A program made the translations under genes and the position numbers. Shown here in pieces: positions 13,752 through 26,318 of a DNA stretch of 55,386 nucleotides (positions are counted from its first letter, which is position 1; each line of letters opens with the position of its first letter). The notes under the pieces are model-generated. The model was not told where the DNA came from, did not search any database, and saw nothing but the letters and a program-made list of their open reading frames with translations. Origin of the DNA: Catajapyx aquilonaris (lineage: Eukaryota); NCBI GenBank assembly GCA_000934665.2, contig KZ538615.1, positions 62,001 to 117,386 on the forward strand, given 5' to 3'.

Positions 13752-16700
13752 TAATAACAGAATGTTCCACCAGTTTCAGTTTGAAATTTTTCTGTATTCC
13801 AATGATTAACTATTATTAAGCCTTGCTTGGAATTACTTTAAAGGGATATTGAAAAGCATTATTGCTAATCTTGGTTGAATTGAGGTAAACATGGGAACAT
13901 CCATTCACACTTATTAACCTTTGCGGCTAATGTTTTTGATAAGGCTATCAAAAATATTTGCTGCAAAAGTCAAAAGTCATCATTATCATTACAACCTTCC
14001 TCTGTAAAAGGACTAGTCAGTGATTACCAACCACAGAAAATGAAAATGTATATCTGATTGCACAGCTACTAGTGCTAGCATCTTTCCAATAACACACTAT
14101 ATAAGAATTAACTGGAGACATTATGCATCAGTCTACACATAGCAAAAAGGCATTTGCCATGCATGAGGTAGCATTATTCGCAACAAATCAGACAGGATCA
14201 TATGCTCGAAATAACTTATGTCAAGAATAAAAGTGACTCAAGATAGTACTTCTCATAGTGTGCACATGCACAGCAGGTTTACATTTTTGTATTATAAATT
14301 ATAATGCAGTGAACGTTGTCTACAAGTAAAATTGCTGCTGCACTAATATCTCTCCTATTAGTAACAATTTTCTTTTCAGCTCATCATTTACAAATTAAAT
14401 GATGCTGCAGAATTATGTACTTTCCTATCAAATCAGAGGTAATGCACATGGGGTAATGTTAACTTCTGCCTTCTGGCTGTAGTAAGAATTAATAGTGACA
14501 CTATTGTCTGGTCATCAGTCTGTACCCACATCAAATAGTGCGGCAATGGTAGCATCTACAGTAAATTAGAGTGACATATACACTGCTACAAAAACCCTAG
14601 AGAAAATACTTCACCACACCTCAAACATCCCTGACCTTGCTCAATGTTTAAGCTGTTGTGAAAAGCTCTTACTGGCTGACACTTCGAGATGGAAGCCAAG
14701 TTCTTCCACCTTGTTGACTTTCTAGCAAAAAGACCTTACATCCAGTGCCTTTGTATGGAAGCTTCCAGAATCTTCTACGGTGCAGCTCTGCGGTGGGCAA
14801 TTACCTCAACGATCCTCACCACTTCACCTGGAGTCCTGACCGGCACCACTTTCATATTTCATGTCATTTTTCATAAATATTACTTCCTGACTAACAGCTA
14901 TTGTGAGAGGTGAGATAACCAGGGTAATATCAAGTACCAGTGCCTAATTAAATGTAAAATTATTATTTTTGCTGAATTGTACATACATAGCTGAGCAATA
15001 CATACCAAATTCAACATACCAAATTCAACATACCTAATCATGACCCATGTTAAAAGTAGAATAATACATAACAAGGATACTTTTAATCAATCAATTATTA
15101 TGTCAATATTCGTTTCACATGGTTCATAAATATGCATACAATAAAAAGGGATACGCTATATATATCTATGCCTATTAAATATCTATCCCGCTCCATCCTG
15201 GCAATATATTGATTGTGGCATATTACATAAGTTAGGTGAGGTCAGGTCTTTAATCATCATTGCCATCCTCTGCACACGGCCAAAGTATTCGGCTTGCTGA
15301 TTAGACCAAGACAGTGAAAAATGTTGCAGTCATCATTCAACCACTCCAATCCATAAAGTGGCAGAACTATTTGTGCATTAAAATTATTGAGCTTCAGGCC
15401 ATTCTTGCAAGAGCTCCCCCTCCATCCCTTCCACCCACTTTATTGATCTCAGGACATGCGACAGGAGGCCAAATTCATCACTTTCATTGCACCCTAAGGT
15501 ATAAATCATATTATCCTTGTTGTTTCTGCAGGGAAGAAAGTGACCATATCATTGCCTTGCAAGGCGTCAAATGGCCAAACCCCCACGGCACCATTTTGCA
15601 TATTTCTGCTATTGGACCAAGACAGGGTGGGCACAACACAGTAGACTAGGGGCACTTTACAGCCCTGGCGGTTGGCTCAATTGAGCTTCGTTACTGCTTC
15701 TGTCACTATAACTCATGCAATTTGCCTGATGTAATCCCCCCCTGCAACTTAATTGACCCTGACAGCAGGACACCCTGTGATCTTTCAGTAGATCCCCGAC
15801 ACAACCACATACCAAATAACAAAAATCAGATCTAATTACCTCCCGCAATGGCAAGAAATGATTTAGTCCAACTGCTGGCACCCTTACCATTCGGGTAGGT
15901 TAGTTCTTACAAATCTATCTTTAGATTATGTCATTGCCACCCTCATGGTTGGGTAATACCGGGTTGTACCACCAACACCAGTCCTGTCTACCACACTGAC
16001 AGATACACCACCAACACTTCAAATATAAAAGGGGCGGGCACCATGTTCCTTTTTTCCCCACTAGAACCCACCATCCCTTCTTTGGCCCTGGGGTTAAACA
16101 TGACCCGGGTAGACCCTGACCCAAAGAAGGTTTTGGGCATTGTGGCAGGACATGGGCGTGAGCTGGCAGCGGCAAAAAGAGTGACAAGTGGAGACTGACC
16201 TGTACGGACACACTTCCCTCGGACGCCATCTTGACCCGACAGCCCCGAAGCAGGAGGGGGAGGAGCGGGTGGGTGGCTACGGGGAGGGAGGGAGGGAGGG
16301 AGCATGTCCGTGACGTCAGACGTCACGTGGTCTGGTTTCGAACACTTCCCACACCCTTCGTGTGTTCATCGATATCAGACGGAATCGATGATTCAACTAG
16401 GGTTTGTCATTTATTTAAAAATTTAATTATATTTACTGCAAGGTAGGTTGGGTCGTAAAGGCGATATTAAATAGGGTAAAATAGCCTGGGTGCTTCGGAA
16501 TGTCTATAATTAGGAGCTCATCAAGGGTTGCAATATTGTTTACAGTGCATGTAAATCATTTTAATATCCAGGACCTAATGGAAATATGTAAGGGTGTGGT
16601 CTAATATTTGGAACCAGTAATTGGAGTGAGAAGTTAAGTATTTTACTAATTACATGCATATTTGCATAAAAATATGACAATTGGATCCGCATTTTTCGTG

Positions 16701-19678
16701 AAAACAGGCCGTACTTATTATTCAAAGTATATTTTGAATCCGGGTTTCAAAACATATGTCACCGTCAAAAACATGCGCAAACACCCTGTTGTTGTTTACT
16801 ACCCAGATTGCAGTGATATAATTCATACGAATTACTTTTACTTCCTATATATACACGTACCCTCGAGTGTTGATTATTACACCTATTTGACACCGGATAG
16901 ATAAATTGCATGTACGTGACTGAGTTAGTAACAGTATTCTATTAAATATGAGATGGTAATAGGACCTTTGAGTGAGGGGTTTTAGTGTTTCTGTGGGTTA
17001 CTATGTGTGTGGGTCTTAGGCGAGCGTTTTGCCGCATTGCTGGAAGATCGGTATCGATTTGGCAAAGGGCGCCCGCCGACATTGCACTACCGCCCCATGT
17101 TGCCACATTTCACTCAAGTGCCCGACCCACATTTAGCTATACACTATTCCCATGCCCTTTTCAACCCCTTCGTGCTTCGTACCTAACATAGTACTACTCC
17201 GGATGCCGGGGCGCCTGTACATACCTTCCATTGTCTCATGGTTCTTAGAAGAATAAGGCACTTTTCAGCATTCTCACGAATATTAATTTTTGCCCTCGGG
17301 AATTTTATGGGCGTTGTTTACAGAAGGCCCGGGCGACTTAATCAGCGTAAGTGATTTTCTGTATGCAGCTCAGCATGCTTGTTCAGTAGGGACGCCATTA
17401 ATATACATTATGGTTACGCAACATTCCATATTCAAATAGATTCAAAGCTGCTGCTTATAAACTTATTATGTGACTGGGTTAATTGTTTGACGCAATCCTA
17501 TTACAACATGTTGAAAAAGTTAACTTGGTGCAGGTATAGTGTACTGTCATTTGTTGACTCAGTCAGTTGAATTACCTTGCTGCTCATTGGATACTATTTG
17601 TGGAATATATTGCAGGAAGCTTAAAATACTCCATACTAATAGTGGTAATCGCTTGTCTATAAATAACAATCAGCATCAATCCGCGAACCGAAACAATTCC
17701 AATATCAGATATAAAAAGCTGCCTCCTTCGTCCATGATAAACTTATGCCATGTGGATACGAGGTATAGTGCAAAAATGTGTACCGTATATTTCTTTTTAA
17801 GGCAAATATTCTAGCTGCCCTTCAAACGCCACATCAACTACATTGCAGCCGCCAGAAGACAAAAATCGTTGTCCTGCTCCTTCTATTTTTGTGCCAGAGT
17901 ATTTTGTACCTTGATTAATTATAGAACAACCCTTTACAAGGCCCAACCCCTCCCTGTCACGCCTGTCTCTTCTTAAAATTACTTCTTCTTCGAGAGAGAA
18001 AAAAACACTGCATGTCAAAGCACCAACAATCGAAAGTGTCTTTTGAAGGTGCTGACATGCGACCTAACTTAAGGTTGGGCAGATCCCCTGTCGCCAAACG
18101 GCAACAAAAGTTATCAGAACGAGGTGTGAGACACTACTCGTGTCTCTTTTGCAAAAGGAAAAGACGTGCTCCTGTACAAGTGGCTCGTTGGGCACCCCCC
18201 GAGTGCTGGAAGACGTCCAAATGGGGCGGAATGGGCTCCGGAGGCCATTTCCTTAGGACCCATTCTCCTATCCTCGCCGGAAGAGGCTTCAGCCTTGAAA
18301 TGGCCAACAATTGAATAATCACGATGCATTTTCCATGGAACATAGGAGCGGAATTGTACCTCGGTACAAGGCCTCAATATCTGAAAATGGGCCGATGTCT
18401 TAGGTGAGCCTTGATTTCCCAAGAGGTGTAATATCTGCAGATGCTGCAAAATTGCAGCCTGTACAATTATGTCTTAAATTTTCATGCTGACAAACGGCGA
18501 CTTTTATTTTTGTGAAAATGGGAGAAATTGGGTTGACGCTGGCAGATGTTTGAATAGGATGCTCATGAATTCATTCTTAGTTCAGCTGCTTCAAGCACCT
18601 GCTGCCACCACAGCCTTTCCTTCATTAAGATTCAATTAAAACGTGGCCTTTGCACATTTGTTGCAAAACAGAGCTCCAGATGCGGAATTCAATCTTCGGG
18701 ATGTGACTTTGCTTCCCAAATGGGTTGAATAAGAGTTAGCTTAAGTATTCAACAGCTGGCTGAACTTCCCATTTGGGATGAGACAGAATGATGATTATGG
18801 TGTGTATTTGGGACATAATGTTGTACATCATGACATGTTAGATAGCAAATGCATGGAGAATGCCATTTGAATGGGTCAGGTGAATAATCCAGATGAATAG
18901 CCCTTGGCGGATGTTTACCTCAAGTTTAATCTCCTGGCTGACGTCAGAAAATATAACGAGCCTAACACTTTCCTTCTTATGTAACTGAATGTGCATGTGT
19001 TGCGAGCGGCTTCTATTACGACACTATGGGCGTGTAGAAAGGTACTTTTGTATTCAGTAGGATATACGGCACTAACAGAAATAAAAGTAATAACACTTAT
19101 TCATATCACGTGATGCGAGGTTGCATCAGATGATACGTTATTTGTGTAGAGCCAGAAAATTTCGGTTTTACCTTATCATTATCAGAGTATAAGGTGTGTT
19201 TGTAATCATAGTACTACACTTGTACTGTATTATGTAAGCGTAGGGTAACAACATATTTCGCAACTATACGTGCATGATAACAGCAAGGAAGTGGCCTAAA
19301 ATGCCTCCCATTGCGCAATGTATGGTCATGAATTACGATTAGCTTGCGATTTACAGGAAGAAGATAAAAGTTTCTTCTTCGGATATGAACTGGTCTGGAA
19401 AAAAACCACTTTCCTGAAGCTTCTTGTGAACATAGTGGGAGATAAAACTGAGGCTATAATTATGCGACAGAGAATGCAACGAGAGTTTCAAAGAGGCCAA
19501 GCATTATTTTTACCTATAACACCCCCATAAGTCGATGGTCACAAGAATCACAAAACATTTTGAAGTCATAGGTTGCACCAGTCCCTAACTATTGATTTCT
19601 GGTGAATAAAAAACAGCCCCCTGCTTTGGCATGTACTGTACCTTTCATGATTCTCCTGCAATTGTAATCGGTCATTAA

Positions 19679-19946
19679 AGTGACCATTGACATTTTTGGA
19701 AGCACTCCCAACAGTTGGCAAGGGTGCTGCAAAACCAATCTTTACAGGAAGTCAAAGTTTCACAAAAAAAGGTCCTTCTTCAAGGTTGGAGTATCGATCA
19801 CAATATCTCGAACGAAGGAAACTGCGGGGGTGTGCGCGTTCACACGGATGACTAGGACTGACTTTTTTATTGCAAAGAAGTAAAACCGGATTCATTGGGT
19901 TAGTGGAAGATAGCATACAATCGCTCATTTTATCATATGGTGCCCT
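19679..19946. mobile_element. Possible Kolobok-like non-autonomous DNA element
   Basis: TTAA at 19675-19678 and 19947-19950 flank imperfect inverted ends (AGTGACCATTGA versus reverse complement AGGGCACCATATGA). Degenerate, single copy in the window. Confidence 0.3.
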
Positions 19947-22900
19947 TTAAAAATTTTTAACAAGATTAACTCTATTAGTGACGATAGTTAAACTCACCCT
20001 TATCTGTCTGACACAAGCAATCCATCAACTTGATCCAAGCTTGGGAACATTCCTTTTAGGTCTCCCTGTACCTGAATGCGGTGGCAAGAAAAATTACTGA
20101 CAGTCCTTTTCTTCATTAAACTTTTTTTTTCCCCAGCTCTCTCCTAAACTTCAAAATGCTGGTCCCTTCGTTCCTCGAGCATCATGCATTCGTAATGTTC
20201 CATTACTCGAGTCCTCTTGGAATAAGGAAGATGGCCAACAGGAATTGATGATGACAACCACCATCGATTTCCGATGCTCTCCTTTTGCGGATCCGTCCCA
20301 TGCACCAATTCCATTTGGGCTACCGGGTACCTTATCCGGGATTTTTTCCTCTCTTTCTATATCACCCGATTCCTTTCACAGCATTTCTAAATTGGATATC
20401 TGATACTATACCGAATATCACCGAGCAAATATTCCTTCCAGGTCAATCCTCATTGGTAAATGTTGTTCGTTCGGGTATAATACACCATTTGCGTCAGTCA
20501 AAGACCATTATACAATTCGATTTGCGGATTAAGCAGTAGGATTTGCTCTGGGTTTTAGAGTACTAACCGGATTTGCATTCCTTTACAGAATCCATGGAGA
20601 CATTGAGATAAGCTGACAAGGCAGTGTATTAGCCCTTATTTGTCAACAACTCTGCCGTCAGCAGTGGATTACAGGCAGAGATGGTACACAACAAAATAAT
20701 TAGGAGTTATGCTGTGGTGGCGTTTTTTTGTGTGTCATGTGTTTTCGGTCATTCAAAAGGTAGTAAAATATTATCAACCATCGTGCTGATAAACATGGCG
20801 GGTGTGGTCGAGCTTCTGGGATGTACACAGCAAATTGCGGCGGCCTTAAATCTTATTGAACTTGCGTCACGCGACGGCGTGCTGCAAACAATGGTTTCTT
20901 AGGCCTACTAGAAATAGCGCACAGTATATCACTTTCTATGGTGTCAGGGGGCGGAGCTGGGTGACGCAAATTCAATTTTCCTTGACGTTACACAAACTGG
21001 GAGAAGGCTTCTGTGTGACATGAGTTACACTTGGGAAGATAATTTGTCAGAGAGAACTTCACACCTATATGAGAGTAATTTTGAAAGCAATATTGTTAAT
21101 GTTAAGCAGCAGCTTCGGTTGTTAAAAGCTTTTGAAATAGTCTAATGTTACGTCAAACGTGTAGCGCAATGACACGCGTTGACACATGTAACAAGCGTTC
21201 TTGTTAATGGCTATGTGACTGTGACTGATTAGAAAGTCACACTAGTTACATAGTTCTGGTGATGAGAGGCCACAGGCGTTCTAAGAACAGGAGGAAAATG
21301 AAGAGAGGTCATGAAAGCAGTGAAGAAGGAAGAGAAAAAAAACTCATACCGAGAACCGGACTTGTCCAGTACATGTAGTGACGTCATAAAACTACCCCAG
21401 GCCAATTTCAGCAGCACTGGTACACGTGCACATTGGCTTACGTCACTCCCTTACCTTGGACCAGATGGATCCAGAAATTCAATGACATGCATGCTTCTTC
21501 TCTACAATACCCCATAAGTCTGTCCATGCGCTGTAGATTTTACTATAGGTGACATTTATAATGTCGTAAATATTAAACAATTCCATATATAGGTCTCAGA
21601 CTAAGTTTATGATATACCCATATAATTAACTCCTTAATCACATATAATCTGATAGCAAGGTTGTGAAGCCCGGGGGTCCTCTCCGGAAATTACATACCAA
21701 TTAACAATGCCAATATCAATTTTGTCCATATTAATTCAGGGGCGTGGACTGAAGTCATACTGAAACCCATCCGGATAGACGATACAATCTAGTTTTTTTT
21801 TCACTTGAAAATCCGGTGATGCATCGGAAAGGCGCAACGCCAGCTCATTACATTAGGTAACATTTCGTGATAAGGACATCCCGGATAAAATCCCCTCCGT
21901 CCAATATCCGGAGCCTGTCTCCGTTTTTCATCTTTGCAAGGCTGGGTCTTGGGAGTCGTGTTCATAAAAGGCCCTGGGGAGGCCGTCATATCCGAGACAA
22001 TCAAAATAATGAATAATCCGGCGGCTTCAGGGATCCGGGGATCCGGGAGCAAATTAAGTGCGGCGAGAATTCCACCTCCTTATGTTCTCTCCGGGAACAA
22101 AATTGCTGCAGAATCCATCTTGGAAGCCAGCCCAACATCGGCCTCAGACCCTTCCCATTTATTCTACTCACATGAAAATGTAGTCCCTCCTTCCCATTTT
22201 TTTTGTCAACCATGATCATTGTTTCCTACAATCGACATGAAAAGCACGTCTTGTCTGAAAATCTCTGCAGGAATCCATCTGCTTCAAATTCAATTCATTC
22301 TATTCATAATCTGAATGACGATGATTGTGTAGAAGAAATCGCAGAGGGGGGGAGGAGATTGAGGAGTAATGAGAGTGTCATTAATATTTATGATTTACGC
22401 ATGGTTATGAATATGAAAAAAGTTGACACTTGCGAAATAGTATATAGCTACGGGTAGCAACCGACGTTTTTCTTCTAACTGAAAGGTATATCAGGTGTCT
22501 GATGTATTATTCAGCTAACGAGGCTCATTTATGTCATGAAAGTATTGAATGGCTATTATATATGGAGAAATATGGTTATATGGGAGGGGCGGGGGTGGAA
22601 TGACCTACTGCGGCTGTGTTCTCTCCTTGACCCGCTTTCACCGAGATGACATTGATCGTGTTGAGAGCGGCATCTCTCGATGATACATACAAACCAACTT
22701 GTGGAACATTTACTGGCCGACTCATGTAAGAGACATCTCTCGTTCACCCTCATGAGATTTCTAGTCTGGTTAGGTTCTAGTCCTTGGCAAAATGCTAAGG
22801 TTCACACATGTTTGACGTCATTTGTAAGCAGCATTCCATGTAATGACGTACTTTCTCTAATGAGACCAGACGGCGCGCGGTGGTTAAATAGCCCGGGTTA

Positions 22901-25900
22901 GAAATACGAGCATTGCGGGTGTACCCGAAAGCACCGGAATACCGCATGCCCCAGCTGAGTGTGAAAATTGCGCACTTGTTTACCGCACGTTGCGTTGTAA
23001 GTGCGTGATTGACAAGGTATTGCTGGGTATTATTGCAAGAGTCGTTTAAAAACTTAACAGAATTCTAGCTGCTGGGGGTGCCAGACAAACAGGCATGTAG
23101 TTATTGCGTTTGCTAAGTGTATGCTAGTGTAAACACGTACAAAATGTTTTACATCCATGGGCAGTAATATTATTAAGTAGGCCTACAATACCTCCAGGAG
23201 GTATGGAGGAAAATTCCACCAGAAACCATGGAGATCGATCATCGATGCCGAGAATTTGTCTATCTGGGCGGATAAGGGCTGTCACTTCGACAAAAAGCTC
23301 CTGAAGCCTCCTGCACATAGTGAAGGGCCGGATTATTATTTTTCGCTATTTTCATGCAGTACTCATTTCTGTACATTCTTACGTGGCATGCAGATATTTC
23401 ACTTCAAAACTGTGTTTTTACTGGGTGGCAGGATGGAATGATTAAAAATTAAACTAATTATCTCCACTTTAAACATTTATTTTCACTTGTGTCTTAAACA
23501 TAGTAAAATGTAGCTATGCTGACTTGGGGAATAAAATAATCCTCAATCGCGATGCATTTAGGAGATATCGGTACTACTATCTTGCTGTGGTAGAAAATTA
23601 TTTCAAGTCACTGTGTTCAGTATTATCCTCTCGAGACGCCAAGAACGGGTTTCATTTGATTCACCCTATAATATAATGACTTAGAAAAAGTTATGGTAGG
23701 GGAACTCCTGGCGACAAGACGATAACTTTATGTAGCGTGTCGTGTGGTTTCCTCAGCCTCTCTGAGATATAGCCTTCAAATACAAGGAATAAGATATCCT
23801 GATATAGGTATATCCGCACAGGGTATGCGTTCCTCCTCGCGACCTCGCCCTCGACCTAGCCACGGTCTTATAATGGTCCGAATCATTACGGAACAACCTG
23901 TATAGTGTATACTGCAATATACAGAGAGGTGCTATTCCCAGGTCCACAGTCAATGAGTAGCATACCTGTGTACTGAAAATTTAAGTTTATTTTTTATTTT
24001 TTTTTTATTTTTTAACTGGAAGAAACGAGGGTTCGGACAATCATGTTACGTTTAGAAAAGACATCTCTCATGTAAATCATAAGGAATATTGGGCCAATCA
24101 CCTACCAGAATGTCCAACGCACAGAGAAGACGTTACTGATTGCTATACTTCAATGGTTCTTGGAATGAACAATCCATAAGGCAGTACTTCCGTCTTCATT
24201 ATTGGACTCTGCATTCGGTCAATTCTCTCTTATTTATTCTACTCTCACCCAGTCTCCAATTAGTCCTAACGAATTGTAATATTTATTATGTAACTCACCT
24301 TAGAATGCCCTATAAGTAGGGGACAGTAAATGTTTTCCTCTAAAAACTGGTCGCCCTCATATCAGTCCGAAAGGGTGCTAAGCTTAATGTTGAGTTTGTT
24401 GTTACATCTTGCTGGTGAATTTATATATCAACATTTTTTTCGTAGTTTTCTTGCTTTTTCTAATACACAAGGCTCGACATCCTGCACTTACAAAACTCGG
24501 CTAAAATATTTCATCACAATAAAAGAAGAACAGTATAGGTTTTTAATATCATAATTACTCTTATATATACACACTGATGATGAGAAGGCGAATTGTCAAG
24601 TCGTTGTTGGTTCCACAATTATAGTGACACACTACAACACCACTTACATGACCATAACAACAATAACAGCATAATTTTACCATAAACAATAATTATTGGT
24701 TCAAACTAAGCGAGAGGTATTTGCAATTCGCCTACTTTTCTGGGCACATAAATAATTTCATAAAAGGGTGCCATCCATTAGGAGAAAAGTAGTAGGCATA
24801 ACTCTTGTACTACTTGACAAATATACCAGCACAGTCTGGTGCAATGCGTTTAATAAATGAAAGCAGCTGAAAAAAATAGGATATGCGAGATGTTTTCCCA
24901 AATACACGAATGACGTCATGAGGACCCAAGGGGAAAATAAAAAAAAACTAAACCGGCTCGTTTCATGCGGAGCTCGACTTCCCACGTCTTTGTCGGAGTC
25001 CATAAAAGCATGTCAACTTCAAACCTGCTCAGATCTGAGCTGTATCATTACGCTACCAGCAGGCTACCGAAACTCCCCTAAGCAGAGTGCCTAAAAAGGA
25101 ATTTATTGCTATGTCAGTCCTCCTTGGATTGGGTGACCACACAAAACGAAATGGTAACTTTAAGAACCGCAAATCATTACATATCTTAGAATCAGCCACT
25201 TTGAAATACGAATTACTTTTAACAATTACAAGTATCCTTGTGTCCTGGTCTACTCATTGAAATTTTGGTGCCAAGTTAATTTGTTTAGACGCTTATCTTG
25301 GGTGCTAACTGGTTCACTGACAGTGTCTCTACCATTTGATAAACATCGGCTTTAGTGTACCAGTACAGTGGTTTAATTACCAGATAGACATCAAACGGAT
25401 TCTTGTCTCATGGTTGTTTATGTCAAATATCGTCCGCATCAAAACTAGCACATGGCCGTGTAGAAATGAGGTATTCTGACAGTGGTCTCCAAAATATGGA
25501 CCATTCCTAATCCAGATTCAGGCACACCACGATACGCATAAGGAAAACTTGTCATGGAAGAATGAAGGACCGCTGTTGTCAAAGTAATAAAGAGTCTTGT
25601 CTGGGACACATGTTTTCTCCTAACAGCCTTCAAAGACAACCCACAATGGGACATATCATGTGCTCCAAAACAGGGCATGCTGATTCTTGGTATTAAAAAA
25701 GACAATAAAAGAGCACTTTTCAATTGCACCGGATTATATAACCCTGAGGTTCAAGGGCCATGTGGAAAGTCTGTTCCCCTGGGAGGAAAATTAGAGGGTA
25801 ATATATGCATTTTTGTTGAAATACCGGAAATAAAACATAAATAACAGGGTTAACAAAAAGGAGGTCAGAACCCAGCGGCGACTAGTTGCAGTCATTACAT

Positions 25901-26318
25901 GAACACAATAGACTTTACCTGAGGCTCCGACGAGCATGCAATTAAGATTGCAACGAATTTCTCAAGTACTCAACAAGAATGTGCGTGAAGGTCTACTTGC
26001 AAAGCAATAATTTGATACCCCCAATTTGAAAACTGGCTCTGTAAGATTCATGGACATGTTTGAACAAATAAATATTATATCACAATGTGGAACCCCTGTA
26101 CTGTGCACAGTGTGTAGTACTCTACATGAATACGCCCTGAATGTTTTATATTCACTTAAGTGTTTCAAAAGTACCCGATGTAAGAGCCTCCAGCGTCTGA
26201 CTGAGCTGCATTATATATCATCAACACTTGCTCTGTCTGTGACTGTTGCATAATCGATGTTAAATTCAGAACAAGTGTTATTCACATGTGATTAACCACT
26301 TAAGGATTTTACGCCGAA

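Noticed and set aside
15921..16446. Overlapping ORFs in the GC-rich island
   Set aside because: Explained by GC-rich low complexity; no recognisable domain.
20100..20560. Possible decayed pogo-like transposase N-terminus
   Set aside because: Only a vague impression across frames; no DDE motif or TIRs found.
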